This document shows, piece by piece, positions 45,897 to 64,000 of a stretch of DNA of 64,000 bases; the first letter of the stretch is position 1; every line of letters begins with the position of its first letter. The stretch comes from Macrostomum lignano (Eukaryota): contig NIVC01002340.1 of NCBI GenBank assembly GCA_002269645.1, forward strand, positions 118,183 to 182,182. Direction: 5' to 3'. Under the pieces are notes generated by a model. The model had not been told where the DNA came from and did no database searches. It worked only from the letters and a program-made list of their open reading frames with translations. A program made the translations under genes and the position numbers.

Positions 45897-48509
45897 ATGC
45901 CGCAGCTGTCAGTAGCAGCAGCAGTTGTCAGCTGTCTTCCTGTGCGAAGCCTTCAACGCGCTTTGCTTCAGCCAGCTTGCCTGCTGACCCTGCTGCTGCT
46001 CGGGCTGATGCCGCTGCTGATTGGCCTGCTCAGCCGGTTGAGCCCGATCGCATCGTTGTCTGCTCAGCCAAGTCCCGTACACGAAGCTCCCACGGCCGTG
46101 CTGATCATGGCAGCCAGCCGACCAGAGGTGCAGCTGCTCATCCGCCAGGTGGCCGCCTACCGGCCCAGCGCCGCCCAATTTCCAATCATCGTCTCGCAAG
46201 ACTCGGACGACCTGATGACTTCGGCGGCGTTGGAGCCGCTGGCGGCGACTGGCGAAATCGAGTGGCAGCGGGGTCTGGCGCGGTTGACTGGCAGCGATAA
46301 GAACAGGGTGAGGAGAATCACCCGACACTACCTGGATGCGCTGGATTACGTACTGATCCATCGGCAGTTCAATCGGGTCATCGTGCTGGAAGACGACCTG
46401 CTGATTGCCGCCGATTTCTTTCGCTACTTTCAGGTAATAGCGCGCATTCACCTGGCATGTGGACTCGAACGGGCCTCAATGACCCTGATCAATCTTCTGA
46501 AAATAAAAATACTACCTGAAACAGCGTCAAGTATCTGAAATACAGTTTCAACTACCTGAAACACAGCGTCAACTACCTGAAACATAGTTCAACCACCTGA
46601 AACATAGTTCAACCACCTGAAACACAGTTCAACCACCTGAAACACAGTTCAACCACCTGAAACATAGTTCAACCACCTGAAACATAGTTCAACCACCTGA
46701 AACACAGTTCAACCACCTGAAACACAGTTCAACCACCTGAAACATAGTTCAACCACCTAGAAACATAGTTCAACCACCTGAAACACAGTTCAACCACCTG
46801 AAACATGGTTCAACCACCTGAAACATAGTTCAACCACCTGAAACACAGTTCAACCACCTGAAACATAGTTCAACCACCTGAAACATAGTTCAACCACCTG
46901 AAACACAGTTCAACCACCTGAAACACAGTTCAACCACCTCAAACACAGTTTAAACTACCTGAAACACAGTGTCAACTACCTGAAACAGTGTCAACTACCT
47001 GAAACACAGTTCAGCCACCTGAAACACAATTCAGCCACCTGAAACACAATTCAGCCACCTGAAACACAGTTCAGCCACCTGAAACACAGTTCAGCCACCT
47101 GAAACACAGTTCAGCCACCTGAAATACAGTTCAGCCACCTGAAATACAGTTAAGCCACCTGAAACACATATCAACTACCTGAAACACAGTTCAGCCACCT
47201 GAAACAAAGTTCAGCCACCTGAAACACAGTTCAGCCACCTGAAACACAGTTCAGCCACCTGAAACACAGTTCAGCCACCTGAAACACAGTTCAGCCACCT
47301 GAAACACATATCAACTACCTGAAACACAGTTCAGTCTCAAGCCTAATCCAAAGCCACCCGAAACCCACCCGGACTCTCCTGAAGTCGCTGGCCCCCGTCT
47401 TAGACCGCGATCCCAGCGTATTCTGCGTCTCCGCCTGGCACGACAACGCCATCCTGGGCCTCGTCGACGTCGGCATCCGCGGTGCCGTCGCCGTCCACCG
47501 AACCGACTTCTTCCCTGGCCTCGGCTGGATGATTCGCCGCGAGGCCTGGCCCGACGCCCGAGCCCAATGGCCCGAGCGCGAGTTTGACAGCTACCTGCGG
47601 CGGTACATGCTGCGGTCCGGCCTAGTCTGCCTGCGGCCCGAGCTGCCGAGGGTCTTCAACACGGGCCAGACTGGGGGCAACCTGATGGCCGGCTGGTGAG
47701 CTGCAGCGACTGCTGTCCACCCATCCCGACGCTGCCCATCCATCCCGACGCTGCCCATCCATCCCGACGCCACTCATTCCAAACTATATGTACATCCAAA
47801 GGGTACTAAATACTTATACTCAAGTACGCAAGTACTTAGGTACGCAAGTACTCAAGTCTCGTACGCAAGTACTCAACACTCGTACGCAAGTACTCAAGTC
47901 TCGTGCGCAAGTACTCAAGTACGCAAATACTCAAGTCTCGTGCGCAAGTACTCAAGTACGCAATACTCAAGTACACAAGTACTCTAGTAGACAAGTACTC
48001 TAGTACGCAAGTACTCGCATACGCCTCTATTGCCCTTCAGGTACGGCCGCACTTTCCATCGCCGCTTTCTAAGCCGCATGGCCTTCAACCTGCTGCCCGA
48101 CGTTCGCATCCCAACGACTGTCGCTCATCGCCTCGCCGCCGGTCCCGCAAGCGACATCGCCTTTGCCAAACGCGTCGCTCTACTGCCGTCGATCTCCCGG
48201 CGTCGACTGCTCACTCTGGTAAGCGCTACAGACGAAAACGACGATCTGCCAGCCGAGGTGCAGTTCGTCTACCGGACCTACCAGGAGTACACGGATGTAG
48301 CACTGAACCTGGGCATCATCCCGGATTTCTGGTATGGCGTGCCTCGCTGCTCACGGCAAGGCATTGTCGGCTTGCGGCTCAGCCGGCAGCGAGTTCGCGT
48401 CTTCCTCCGGCCAGCCGAACCGCCAGAATACTCGGCGCTGGTGCACATGGACAGGAGGACGCCTCCGCCTGCGCTGCTGCCGCTGCCACTGCCGCCTCCA
48501 GAATACTGA
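45897..48509 (+). CDS. GT13 family GlcNAc-transferase, MGAT1 (GnT-I)-like, 3 exons, ~438 aa
   Basis: Exons 45897-46433, 47385-47695 and 48041-48509. TM anchor, FPIIVSQD, IT.HY..AL, VIVLEDDL..AADFF.YF, FCVSAWHDN, RTDFFPGLGWM, CLRPE. The exon 2 acceptor is a weaker AAG. Confidence 0.9.
46510..47335. repeat. Minisatellite, 20-bp unit acctgaaacacagttca(a/g)cc, in GT13 intron 1
   Basis: Directly visible, ~40 copies. Confidence 0.96.
47715..48020. repeat. Two short tandem arrays in GT13 intron 2 (catcccgacgctgccc x3; gtacgcaagtactcaa-type)
   Basis: Directly visible. Confidence 0.85.
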
Positions 48510-48629
48510 GTCCGATAGCAAACTCCCAGCTCAGCGCCATTTGATGTGGACCTGAAACCTGAAACGATTAAGCATGTTCTTTGATTGCTTCTAAACATAA
48601 CTTTTTGTGTTTCTGCAGCCCCACTATAA

Positions 48630-48990
48630 TCCCCCTGCAATATCCCTGCAATCTCCCTGCAATCTCTCTGCGATCTCTCTGCAATCTCTCTGCAATCTCT
48701 CTGCCGTCTCCCTACTATCTCTCTATAATCTCTCTGCAATCTCTCTGCAATCTCTCTAGAATCTCTCTATAATCTCTCTGCAATCTCTCTGCAATCTCTC
48801 TGCAATCTCTCTGCAATCTCTCTGCAATCTCTCTGCAATCTCTCTGCAATCTCTCTGCAATCTCTCTGCAATCTCTCTGCAATCTCTCTGCAATCTCTCT
48901 GCAATCTCTCTGCAATCTCTCTGCAATCTCTCTGCAATCTCTCTGCAATCTCTCTGCAATCTCTCTGCAATCTCTCTGCAATCTCTCTGA
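48630..48990. repeat. 11-bp tandem repeat (ctgcaatctct)n
   Basis: Directly visible, ~30 copies. Confidence 0.96.
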
Positions 48991-49323
48991 AATTTCCCTA
49001 CAAATCTCTCTCCAACTTCCTTACAATCGTTATACAGTTTTTCAAATCCAACAGTACCACTGCCAGCTCCGATACGAGTTTTATTTGCCAAGAGATATTT
49101 GTCAGGGGATCAGGGGATTCGATTGTGCTTACGATAGAATTAAATTCTGTCTTGCAAATAAGAGACAAATGTCTTGCGCTGCAACGGATCTCGCAGCTAG
49201 TCTTTTCGCCTTTGCAACTTTGAGTCAACAAATGATTTTCACAGTCGAGTCTGATGGGTGCTGCTTGATTGCATGTTTGCTTACTGGCTGCAACTGCTCT
49301 GAGGCTCTGGATTACTACTGTCA

Positions 49324-55400
<6,077 letters not shown>

Positions 55401-55793
55401 CATTCTATCGACTGGAGGCAACAGAGGAGAGAGTATCAGCTAGACTATTTCAATGGCATCTCTCGTCAGCTACCTAGTGCTAGACTTGGGCGTTTCTCAG
55501 ACTTATTCTTGACCACGGAAAGCTGACTGCCTCGGGTAACTCATGCACAGAGTGCGGCCAGGGAAGAGACGACCAGACCGTAAACGTATTACAGTTCTGT
55601 GCGACAGCTGGAGCGCTGCATCAAATAAACAAGCCCATCTCTGATTAATAATTCACACTATAGCTGAAGGTGCCATCTTCACTGGGCTTTGAGGGTTGAG
55701 GGAGTCAGATTTATACTATGAGACAGAGTTGCCACCAATCGACTGACTTCATCTTGAACTGGCTACGACGCTCAGCAACCGCTCTGTCAGCTG

Positions 55794-57426
55794 TTGGTCT
55801 CGGAAAAGAGACTTTTTAAAGGATTTATCTTGAAAGCTGTCACAGGAAATCAAAGCAAAACGGCTTCGTCCCTGTCGGCTGCTGAGATCGCGCTGATTGC
55901 GGTCTCGGTATGGATTGTCCTGCTGGTTGTTGGTGAGATTGTCTGGAATGTGCTGCTTGCTTTGCTAGGTCTTGATGCGAGCTGGATATTTACAGGAAAG
56001 TTGAGGGCATTTTGCGTTCGGTGGCATCCTTTTACAATTCTTTACAATTCTGTAGGCAGGCACGCACTCGTACACACGCTCACACAGGGTGCACATCCGC
56101 CCTGACTGTCTAATCGTCAGGCATGTACACTCTCTGTTCCTTGGGGGCTGGCCCTCGGGGATGTCATGTGAATCGCACGACAAATGAATTGGGCCGCGCA
56201 CGGATCGAACCAAGGGTCGTAACGAGAGATGAGTCAGACGCGGCTACTCTGTCCCCGGTCGCTGTTTTCTTATTGATTTTTGTTGGCTAGGAGCTACAGT
56301 TAATCATGAATTAGCATTCTCACCAGCTATTAGTTCGAACCCAAAATCTCTAAACTGAGAATCCCTGATCCCCATCAACCTCAACTGCGTCGCTCCAGGC
56401 GCCGCTCTCGCCTGTTTGTCTACTTGGAAAAACGTCGGCGTCGGCGACAAAACGACGACGATAGCGACAACGACGGCGTGAGTCGCCGTCACCGACGCCA
56501 CCAACGACACCATCGACATTGTCACGGCAGCGAGCCGCCCGACGGACCCACGTCTGCCCCGCCAATGACATCATTTGACAACATCGGCGGCGACTTCTCA
56601 GCGTCCAACATCAGCGGCTTTGGGGCGGCTCGGCTCAGTTCGACACTATTTCGAATGCACCGAGTGACCCCGGCTCGGCCCAGGCGGTCCTGGCCCAGCT
56701 GGACCTTCTCAAGCCGCATCTGCTGTCCTTCAAGGCCATGCTCTGGGATCTGGAGAAGTGGATCGACGCTCGTTCGGGCGCGAGTCCCGGCCCGATGGTA
56801 ACGGAGTACCTGGAAGCCAGAAGCCGGCTCAAGCAGGTGCTGTTGCTGCTTGAAGATCAAGCCGACTGTCCGCCTGAGCAGTGCTCAAAAATTGCCCAAA
56901 TGCTAGACTGGAGCGAGCGCTGTCTGAAACGATTTTTAGTCAGCAACAAAACCTACGATCCGGCGGCGCCATCGTTCAAGCAGACAAAGACTGCAAAGAC
57001 AAAGAGCGGTCGGCGAGGTGCAGCAGGCGGAGGAGGCGGCGGCGGCAGCGGCGGCGGCAGCGGCGGCGGGTCGGTGAATCGCCGAGTTGCGGCGGTGAAG
57101 CGGTCACACTCGCCCCAAGGCCGACTCTCAGCCACGTGTCGGGCCGCGAGCCGGGCTTCGTTCTGGTTGGCTTCAAGTCCGCGCTAGGCGGCGGCGCGGA
57201 AAATGGCGCTGGAGGAGGTGGCGGCGGCGGCAGCGGAGCGCGCAGAAGGCTGCCGCAGCGGGGTGCCATGTTTCTGCCTGACGGTGGCGGCGGCGGAAGC
57301 AGCGGAAGCGGCGGTCCCAGCCGGTTCACCATCAACCGACGCCTGGCGCCGATTTCCGAGTATCCGCCTCGTAGGTCAACGTCGCTTTCCGGCCTGTTCG
57401 ACCGCGAGATTTCAACGCCATTGTGA
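55794..57426 (+). CDS. Probable exons of an uncharacterised single-pass membrane protein with a Gly/Arg-rich cytoplasmic tail (model incomplete)
   Basis: TM-like EIALIAVSVWIVLLVV is followed by donor G|gtgag at ~55932. A GC-rich coding-like block at ~56334-57426 spans three frames, consistent with single-base indels (e.g. tggggcggc ~56621). Confidence 0.4.
56050..56260 (-). mobile_element. SINE family B copy
   Basis: Minus strand B box ggttcgatcc, then agtgtacatgcctgacgattagacagtcagggcggatgtgcaccctgtgtgagc, shared with the 4395 copy and family A. Confidence 0.65.
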
Positions 57427-57689
57427 ATCGTCGCTATCTGATTAGATGCGTTTCGGTTGGAGTGAGATCGAGAAGCTTTGTTTAAATTAATCTGTGTTTG
57501 TTTAACTCATAAACTAGGTAAAGTTTTATCATGAGCCCAAGCTCAGTTGACATTTAAATAAGTCGATTTTTATTCATTTACTGGATTAGTGGACGAAATC
57601 TTAATAACCAAATGCTTTTTATGTTCACTATTCTGTTAAGGTAATAGAATTACAGTACGCTAACTATGATAAGCCATTAGTTACTGGAC

Positions 57690-58060
57690 GGAATGTGGCA
57701 CGTGACTACTGGATCAATCACGATTTAGTTAGTAGTAATTAGTAGAAACGGTGGGGCCTTTCCAAGGTCACTTCTATACCGACGTTGTTATTGGAGTAAA
57801 CATTTGTCACGTGACTGATCTGAGCCTATATAACGATTCAACTATTAGAAACAAACGGTCGGGAGATTCCCAAGGTCACTTCTGCGCTCGTTAGTACGAC
57901 GTTGTCATTGGATAGAACAATTGCCATGTGACTTATCTGAGCCGGTAGCTAGTAGAAACAAACGGCCTTGGTAATTTTCAAGGTCACTTTTAATACAACG
58001 TCATTGGTTCATCAAAATGGGGGGTATATCCCCGTATCCCCCCCCCTATTTACGCCACTG
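57690..58060. mobile_element. Non-autonomous DNA-element remnant: three ccaaggtcactt/gtcacgtgac-type subrepeats ending in a hAT-like terminus
   Basis: Repeated caaggtcactt motifs. The end ...ccccccctatttacgccactg is the reverse complement of CAGTGGCGTAAATAGGG. Confidence 0.5.
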
Positions 58061-58643
58061 AATAGCCAATCCTGTTGCCTGTTTATATTTGACTTTTATT
58101 TTAATTAGTTGTAATTTTCTCATCCAAGTAGTGCATGGCCATTACGTTTTTACTATTCTGTGTTAATAATCTAGAATACTACTTTATTATATTTGGCGCA
58201 TATCCACTGCGGAATTGTTTGTGGTAGGCTCTGGTAGTCTTGATACATATTAAATTCATATTTTCATTTGCATGCTTCATAGTTCGATTAAATATTTTTC
58301 GTCTTTTGTTAATATCAATAACTATTTTCATTTTGTAGACTTGATTTATAATAATAAATTATAGTGTGTTATTTTACTTCAAACGTTTTGCTTCGGGTGG
58401 ATATCTTTGACAGAAAAATTGAATAGCAAATTCCTATTGGTCTGTACGGACTAGAAATATTACTCTGCTTGCAATTGGATGATTCTGAGAATAAGATTTC
58501 AGAAATTTACAGCATGGATAAAAATAACATGGGCAATCAAAAATGCAAAATGATTTGAGTCTTCAGTAAATTTCATCGAATTCCATAATTTCAATGAGCG
58601 CTCGGGCCTACCGCATCGCTGCGTCCTTATTTGAATTGTGCAG

Positions 58644-58902
58644 CCTGCCGATTGTTGCTACCGGAGCCGACAGTCAGACTACTGGCGGTGAAGGCGTCGG
58701 AGGCGCCGCGGTGCGTCTTCAATGGTGGCACTACCTGGTGATCAGCTGCTCTGTGGCGGTGCTGGCTGCCGCGGTGGCCCTGACCTGCTACTGCACTCGG
58801 TGCCGCAAGGGGGCCGCCCCCGCTGCTGCCAAGGAGGCGAAGACGGCACCACCGCAGCGCAGAGGCATGCGGTTCGGCAATACTGTTGGCAGACTGAACT
58901 GA
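58644..58902 (+). CDS. Terminal exon of a single-pass membrane protein with a juxtamembrane Cys cluster
   Basis: Acceptor tgtgcag at 58641-43, then WWHYLVISCSVAVLAAAVALTCYCTRCRK and stop at 58902. Upstream exons were not identified. Confidence 0.5.
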
Positions 58903-59012
58903 CCCGACTGGCTGATTGATTTCAGCAGACTTTTATGCGTACTGCTTGAAAACTGCTCTCTTCTCTGACTGGTGGGATGGCCAGTGCATAGCTGTGCTTT
59001 GCAGAGAATTTA

Positions 59013-60213
59013 AGCGGAGATCTACTCTGCAGAGGATGGAGGGTTTAGCGGAGATCTACTCTGCAGAGGATGGAGGGTTTAGCGGAGATCTACTCTGCAG
59101 AGGATGGAGGGTTTAGCGGAGATCTACTCTGCAGAGGATGGAGGGTTTAGCGGAGATCTACTCTGCAGAGGATGGAGGGTTTAGCGGAGATCTACTCTGC
59201 ACAGGATGGAGGGTTTAGCGGAGATCTACTCTGCAGAGGATGGAGGGTTTAGCGGAGATCTACTCTTCAGAGGATGGAGGGTTTAGCGGAGATCTACTCT
59301 TCAGAGGATGGAGGGCTTAGCGGAGATCTACTCTTCAGAGGATGGAGGGCTTAGCGGAGATCTACTCTTCAGAGGATGGAGGGCTTAGCGGAGATCTACT
59401 ATTCTGCAGAGGATGGAGGGTTTAGCGGAGATCTACTCTGCAGAGGATGGAGGGCTTAGCGGAGATCTACTATTCTGCAGAGGATGGAGGGTTTAGCGGA
59501 GATCTACTATTCTGCAGAGGATGGAGGGTTTAGCGGAGATCTACTACTCTTCAGAGGATGGAGGGTTTAGCGGAGATCTACTACTCTGCAGAGGATGGTG
59601 GTTTTAGCGGAGATCTACTCTGCAGAGGATGGAGTGTTTAGCGGAGATCTACTCTTCAGAGGATGGAGGGCTTAGCGGAGATCTACTATTCTGCAGAGGA
59701 TGGAGGGTTTAGCGGAGATCTACTCTGCAGAGGATGGAGGGCTTAGCGGAGATCTACTATTCTGCAGAGGATGGAGGGTTTAGCGGAGATCTACTATTCT
59801 GCAGAGGATGGAGGGTTTAGCGGAGATCTACTACTCTTCAGAGGATGGAGGGTTTAGCGGAGATCTACTACTCTGCAGAGGATGGTGGTTTTAGCGGAGA
59901 TCTACTCTGCAGAGGATGGAGTGTTTAGCGGAGATCTACTCTGCAGAGGATGGAGGGTTTAGCGGAGATCTACTCTGCAGAGGATGGAGGGTTTAGCGGA
60001 GATCTACTATTCTGCAGAGGATGGAGTGTTTAGCGGAGATCTACTCTGCAGAGGATGGAGGGTTTAGCGGAGATCTACTATTCTGCAGAGGATGGAGGGT
60101 TTAGCGGAGATCTACTATTCTGCAGAGGATGGAGGGTTTAGCGGAGATCTACTACTCTTCAGAGGATGGAGGGTTTAGCGGAGATCTACTACTCTGCAGA
60201 GGATGGAGGGTTT
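59013..60213. repeat. Minisatellite, 34/37-bp unit agcggagatctactctgcagaggatggagggttt
   Basis: Directly visible, ~34 copies. Confidence 0.97.
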
Positions 60214-60626
60214 ACACTGCGATTTGAGAACACTTGAGCTTGGCATTTCCATAAAAAACCGAGTGTCATCACAAAAATAAATCTAAATGAGAATGTTGTT
60301 GATTTCCTCAAGCCAGTCACCCAAACTCTGATACTCGATCTCTTGAACATCTATAACATCAAATTTTTGGCTGAATGTGTTTTAAAAAAAGTACAATCCA
60401 TAAAATATCGCTCGAATATTTATCACCATATAGTACTTAGTTCAGATTTGAGTAGTAGTGTAGTAGTGTAATTTTCGTTGTGTGGATAAAGTGCACGGCG
60501 TGGGCGACTTTTTTAATGTTCCTGATGTGGATTCTCTATTTGGCCAGCTGTTCGAAACCCTTCTTCTCCATCAGGCCGGACTCTTCCAGCAGGTTGGCCA
60601 GGGCTTCCAGAGCCGATCCTGTCTAG

Positions 60627-60775
60627 CTGATGAAGCTGAGAGTCTGCTGTGGGTGTCTACTGATGAAGCTGAGAGTCTGCTGTGGGTGTCTATCTCCTGA
60701 TGAAGCTGAGAGTCTGCTGTGGTGTCTACTGCTGAAGCTGAGAGTCTGCTGTGGGTGTCTACTGATGAAGCTCAG
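60627..60775. repeat. Short 33-36-bp tandem repeat ctgatgaagctgagagtctgctgtgggtgtcta
   Basis: About 4.5 copies are visible. Confidence 0.9.
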
Positions 60776-61239
60776 ATGCATCTCTATGATTTTCCCTTGG
60801 AGCAGTCGGAAGGTCTGCGTTTATAATCGAAACCAGGGAAACAAATTCTGGACGGGAGAATCTCGGTGAAGAATTCTTGCAAGAAAATTCTTACTGAATG
60901 CTTCTACACGATACTACTAGTAGTAACTATAATAAAGTATGTCAATAGCGAATAAAGCTAGCCATGATGCCTTCGATTTGGATTTACTTGAGCTTCTTAC
61001 TTCTTGTTTTACGCAGGAGCAAGAGAGGCGACGTTGTATATTTTTATTTAGTTCACTGATACTCACTTGTCGTTAATTCTTTATACTTGATGAAACTTAA
61101 AAAGGGAACAATTAATATTTTATGATTTAGCAGCAGAGAATTGTACATCATTGACGCTGATCAGGAGATAAAATAGTCAATATAATAAAATTCCAATCTC
61201 ATATAAAACGCGAATTCGTTGTGACGTTCAGATAGAGCT

Positions 61240-61794
61240 TTAGACAGCGTCGTCAACAACAAGGAGCGGCACGTACTCTTTGTAGATTACGGTGCCCTTT
61301 TCTGGATCAATGGCTGCCGAGAGCATCTCCTCCAGCTCCTCGGTGGAAAATGGCTCGCCTGAAAGTTTTTGTAAGCGATATATGTAAAAAGGCCATTTGG
61401 AGCTGAATCAGCTTTAACGAAATTGAAGTTATGGTAGTCGTACCTTCCTCCACCATGTACTTCTCGATTTCTTCTTTTGTCAGATAGCCGTTGTTCTCAA
61501 TGTCTAACACTTGAAATGCCTTTAGTAGCTGATCTTCTAGTGCAGGCTTGTAGCGTTTCTCTTGCAAAATCTTCATCGCAACACCAAGGAATGCATCGAA
61601 AGTGACGTACGGCAGTGGCTCTTCTTCTTCCATTTCTTTGAGAATGTCATGGAGTTCACCTTCTGTAGGACAGCAGCCAAGAGAACGAATAATCGTTCCG
61701 ACTTCTCTGACGTCGACGGTTTGATTTGCTTCGTGGTCGAATATCTCAAAAGCGTCAGCGATTCTCTTTTTCAATTCCTGCACGGCGGTATCCT
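61240..61794 (-). CDS. EFCAB2: Calmodulin-like EF-hand protein EFCAB2 / dynein regulatory complex subunit DRC8 (last two exons; first exon not resolved)
   Basis: Exons 61794-61444 and 61358-61240. AFEIFDHEANQTVDVREVGTIIRSLGCCPTEGEL...LLKAFQVLD...GEPFSTEELEEMLSAAIDPE matches EFCAB2. Confidence 0.9.
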
Positions 61795-63529
61795 CTGAAA
61801 ATTAAAATAGGAAATAGTTAGGCTCACTAGGATTTACTTTCAAGTTCATCCTGACCATTTTTATACAAATATTGTGTCAAGTTTTACAATACATTGTAGT
61901 GACTACAATCTATAGTCTAGCATCGATAACTGCATGTTCTTAAGTAGATCTTATGAGCTTTGTCGTTGCATTAAAAATACCTGGGTTTTCCGGAGGAAGT
62001 GCTTCTTCAGTGGCCATTCCCTTGGAATATTTTATGTAGAAGCGGTCCACTCAATTGATAATGATATATATTTGCGATTGCGATATCTGTTCCAGAAATT
62101 TCTCGTAAAACTTTAAAGTTAAAATATGCTGTCTTAGATGCAAACAATTAAACAAATAAGCATTAAAATGTGTTATTTAGTTAATGAGATAGTCATTCAA
62201 AGAATGCTTAATTTAGTAAAAGTTACTTTTAACTTACTTATTTGCCTAATTCTCTGCAAACTATAGAGTTTAAAACGGAGAACATTAATTTAAATTCTCA
62301 GTTGAATTCAAGATTCCAGGAATCTATTTTGTTACTACTGCTTATTTAATAGTAAAATTGTAATTCGTGAATTCTTGGATGTACCCCAGCAACACCAAAT
62401 GACCCCAGCACTTCAATGGAACTTCAGCTGCCTGATGCTGTGTGCTGGTTAATTAAACATTTGTATTCTGAGTAGTTTTCCTTAGTATTCAGATTCAGAA
62501 TAGTTTTCCTTAGGCTATAGTATTCAGACGATTACAAGCAAGCAAGATTTTCATTTTTAGTATATTGGATTAGGCTATAGTATTCAGATTCAGAATAGTT
62601 TTCCTGGCAATCTTTACTTTACTGCATTCCATTGTGTAACGGTATTGAGAAGTTGTGTTTAAGTTATTTGAGTAAAATGCAGCAGTGCCAAACAGCCAAT
62701 CAACTTTTTTGCTAATATGCGTCCATAATGAATACTATTGGTATTGCTACTAGCATTGCTATTATTAGCTCCTAGTAGTAGTAACTTTAGTTACTTTTAG
62801 TTTAGTTACTATTAGCACTAGTAAATTTTGAATTAGAAATCAGAACTAAATCACAAAATTCAAAATGAAACTGTAGTTTTTTAACTTAGCTATTCCTGAT
62901 TCTATCCTTTATATTTTTTCTAAATTCTATACTATCTACAGAAAAAAGGTTTTAAAATGTTTTTAAAGAATACATTTTAGTCATGTTCTTTATATTTATA
63001 TAGCTAATGATTCCCACTAAGCAACATCTATATCATAATTATTATAACAGCTTTAACTCTAATGATATTCCAATGATATTTATATTTAGAGATTAGATAT
63101 CTTGATCCTTCTTTATTAAATCCTAGAGTTCTCACAAAAATTGGGATCCTAAGGTTCCCAATGGTAAACATTTTAAGGAATCTTATAATAATATATAGTT
63201 AAAGACTAGATAAAACCTTTATCCCAATTGCATTATCCCAAGGTCCCATAGCTTATTAGTAGTATCCTAATGAAAAACTAGAACTTTATCTTGTCTAATC
63301 TTAATAATTTAGATCCTATTTAAAATTATGACCTTAAATTGTTTTTATATAATATTTAAAGTTTGATAATAGTTATAGTTTGATCTTTATATGTAATTCA
63401 TCTATATCAAATAAAGCTATGATTAAAAGTAAGTTATTATTAATTGCCAATAGTGTCTAATAAAATACTAAGTGTACTACTAGTTGCAACAGTATTTCCT
63501 ATCAAAGATTTCTTTAAGATCTTTGTATA

Positions 63530-64000
63530 CTTCTATACTTCTATATTAAATCTAAAGTCTGTGTCTATCTGTCTGTCTATTTGTAGAATTTCACTTTGTA
63601 GGTTAAATCCCTCAACCATATTTAATTGTTTTTTTTTGTAAAATGTTGCAAATTATTCAACCATTTATAATATAATGTTTCATAGGGATAAGGGGTAAAA
63701 ATATCACATTTTCAAGATTTTTAAGACTCTTGAAGATCCATGCTTTTGAGATGATTGAGATTTGAGATTAAGCCTAATTAGCATCTATTAGGCCTATTTA
63801 CACTATTCTATCTATTTGTGATAATATTATTATTTGTTAAATGTGTAAAATGATAATAATAGAAGGAAAAACAATTATTACATAATATTGAGCTTGTTTG
63901 TGACTTGTTAGTCATATAGTCACAAATCTTGACTTTTTTGAGATCTCAAAACTGAGATCAAGATTGAGAAAAGTGCCAAGATCTTGACAATTGAGATCAA
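63530..64000. mobile_element. Decayed TE termini: Helitron-like 5' end (tctatattaaa...tctgtctgtc) and ttgagatcaagattgag-type subrepeats
   Basis: The pattern resembles the 23348 Helitron start. The gagatcaagattgag motifs look like CpG-decayed gagaccgagaccgag subterminal repeats. Confidence 0.35.

Noticed and set aside
60520-60625. Small coding-like segment (minus TGSALEALANLLEESGLMEKKGFEQLAK*; plus MFLMWILYLASC...) as a neuropeptide exon
   Set aside because: Either strand is arguable, and no upstream exons or convincing processing pattern could be established.
60627-60775. CTGATGA-containing tandem repeat as a hammerhead ribozyme or retrozyme
   Set aside because: It lacks the GAAA core and stems II/III.
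61795-61870. Nearby ATG-containing first exon for EFCAB2
   Set aside because: The only phase-compatible option with an in-frame ATG needs a 33-bp intron, so the first exon was left unresolved.

Overview
This is eukaryotic, intron-containing animal DNA, not prokaryotic. GC-rich exons, minisatellite-filled introns and long GATA/GACA arrays resemble a free-living flatworm such as Macrostomum, but that assignment is inference only. Host genes reconstructed by hand are: ATP23 exon 1 (-), a complete 4-exon SEPSECS (-), a GT7 beta-1,4-galactosyltransferase-like gene (-), a 3-exon SELENOT (+) whose C-Y-S-U motif contains an in-frame UGA missed by the ORF track, MRPS11 (+), an MGAT1/GnT-I-like GT13 gene (+), two orphan single-pass membrane protein exon sets (+) and EFCAB2/DRC8 (-). 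The remainder is densely nested transposable elements. These include a FLYWCH-MULE-RING transposase interrupted by a DD34D mariner, a 7.4-kb hAT-type element with a 7-exon transposase that hosts a non-autonomous Helitron with an intact STPR-repeat ORF, and a Merlin remnant. There is also a 2.2-kb long-TIR element with a 9-bp TSD, several MITEs, tRNA-derived SINEs, a LINE 3' fragment, and a very young Ty3/gypsy element with apparently identical LTRs inside a (TATC)n array. The best leads are kilobase-scale CpG-erased domains in first introns (SINE copies act as internal controls), close linkage of SEPSECS with a selenoprotein gene, the MULE-RING fusion and the STPR mini-Helitron. Coordinates were counted by eye, and repeat edges may be off by a few bases.
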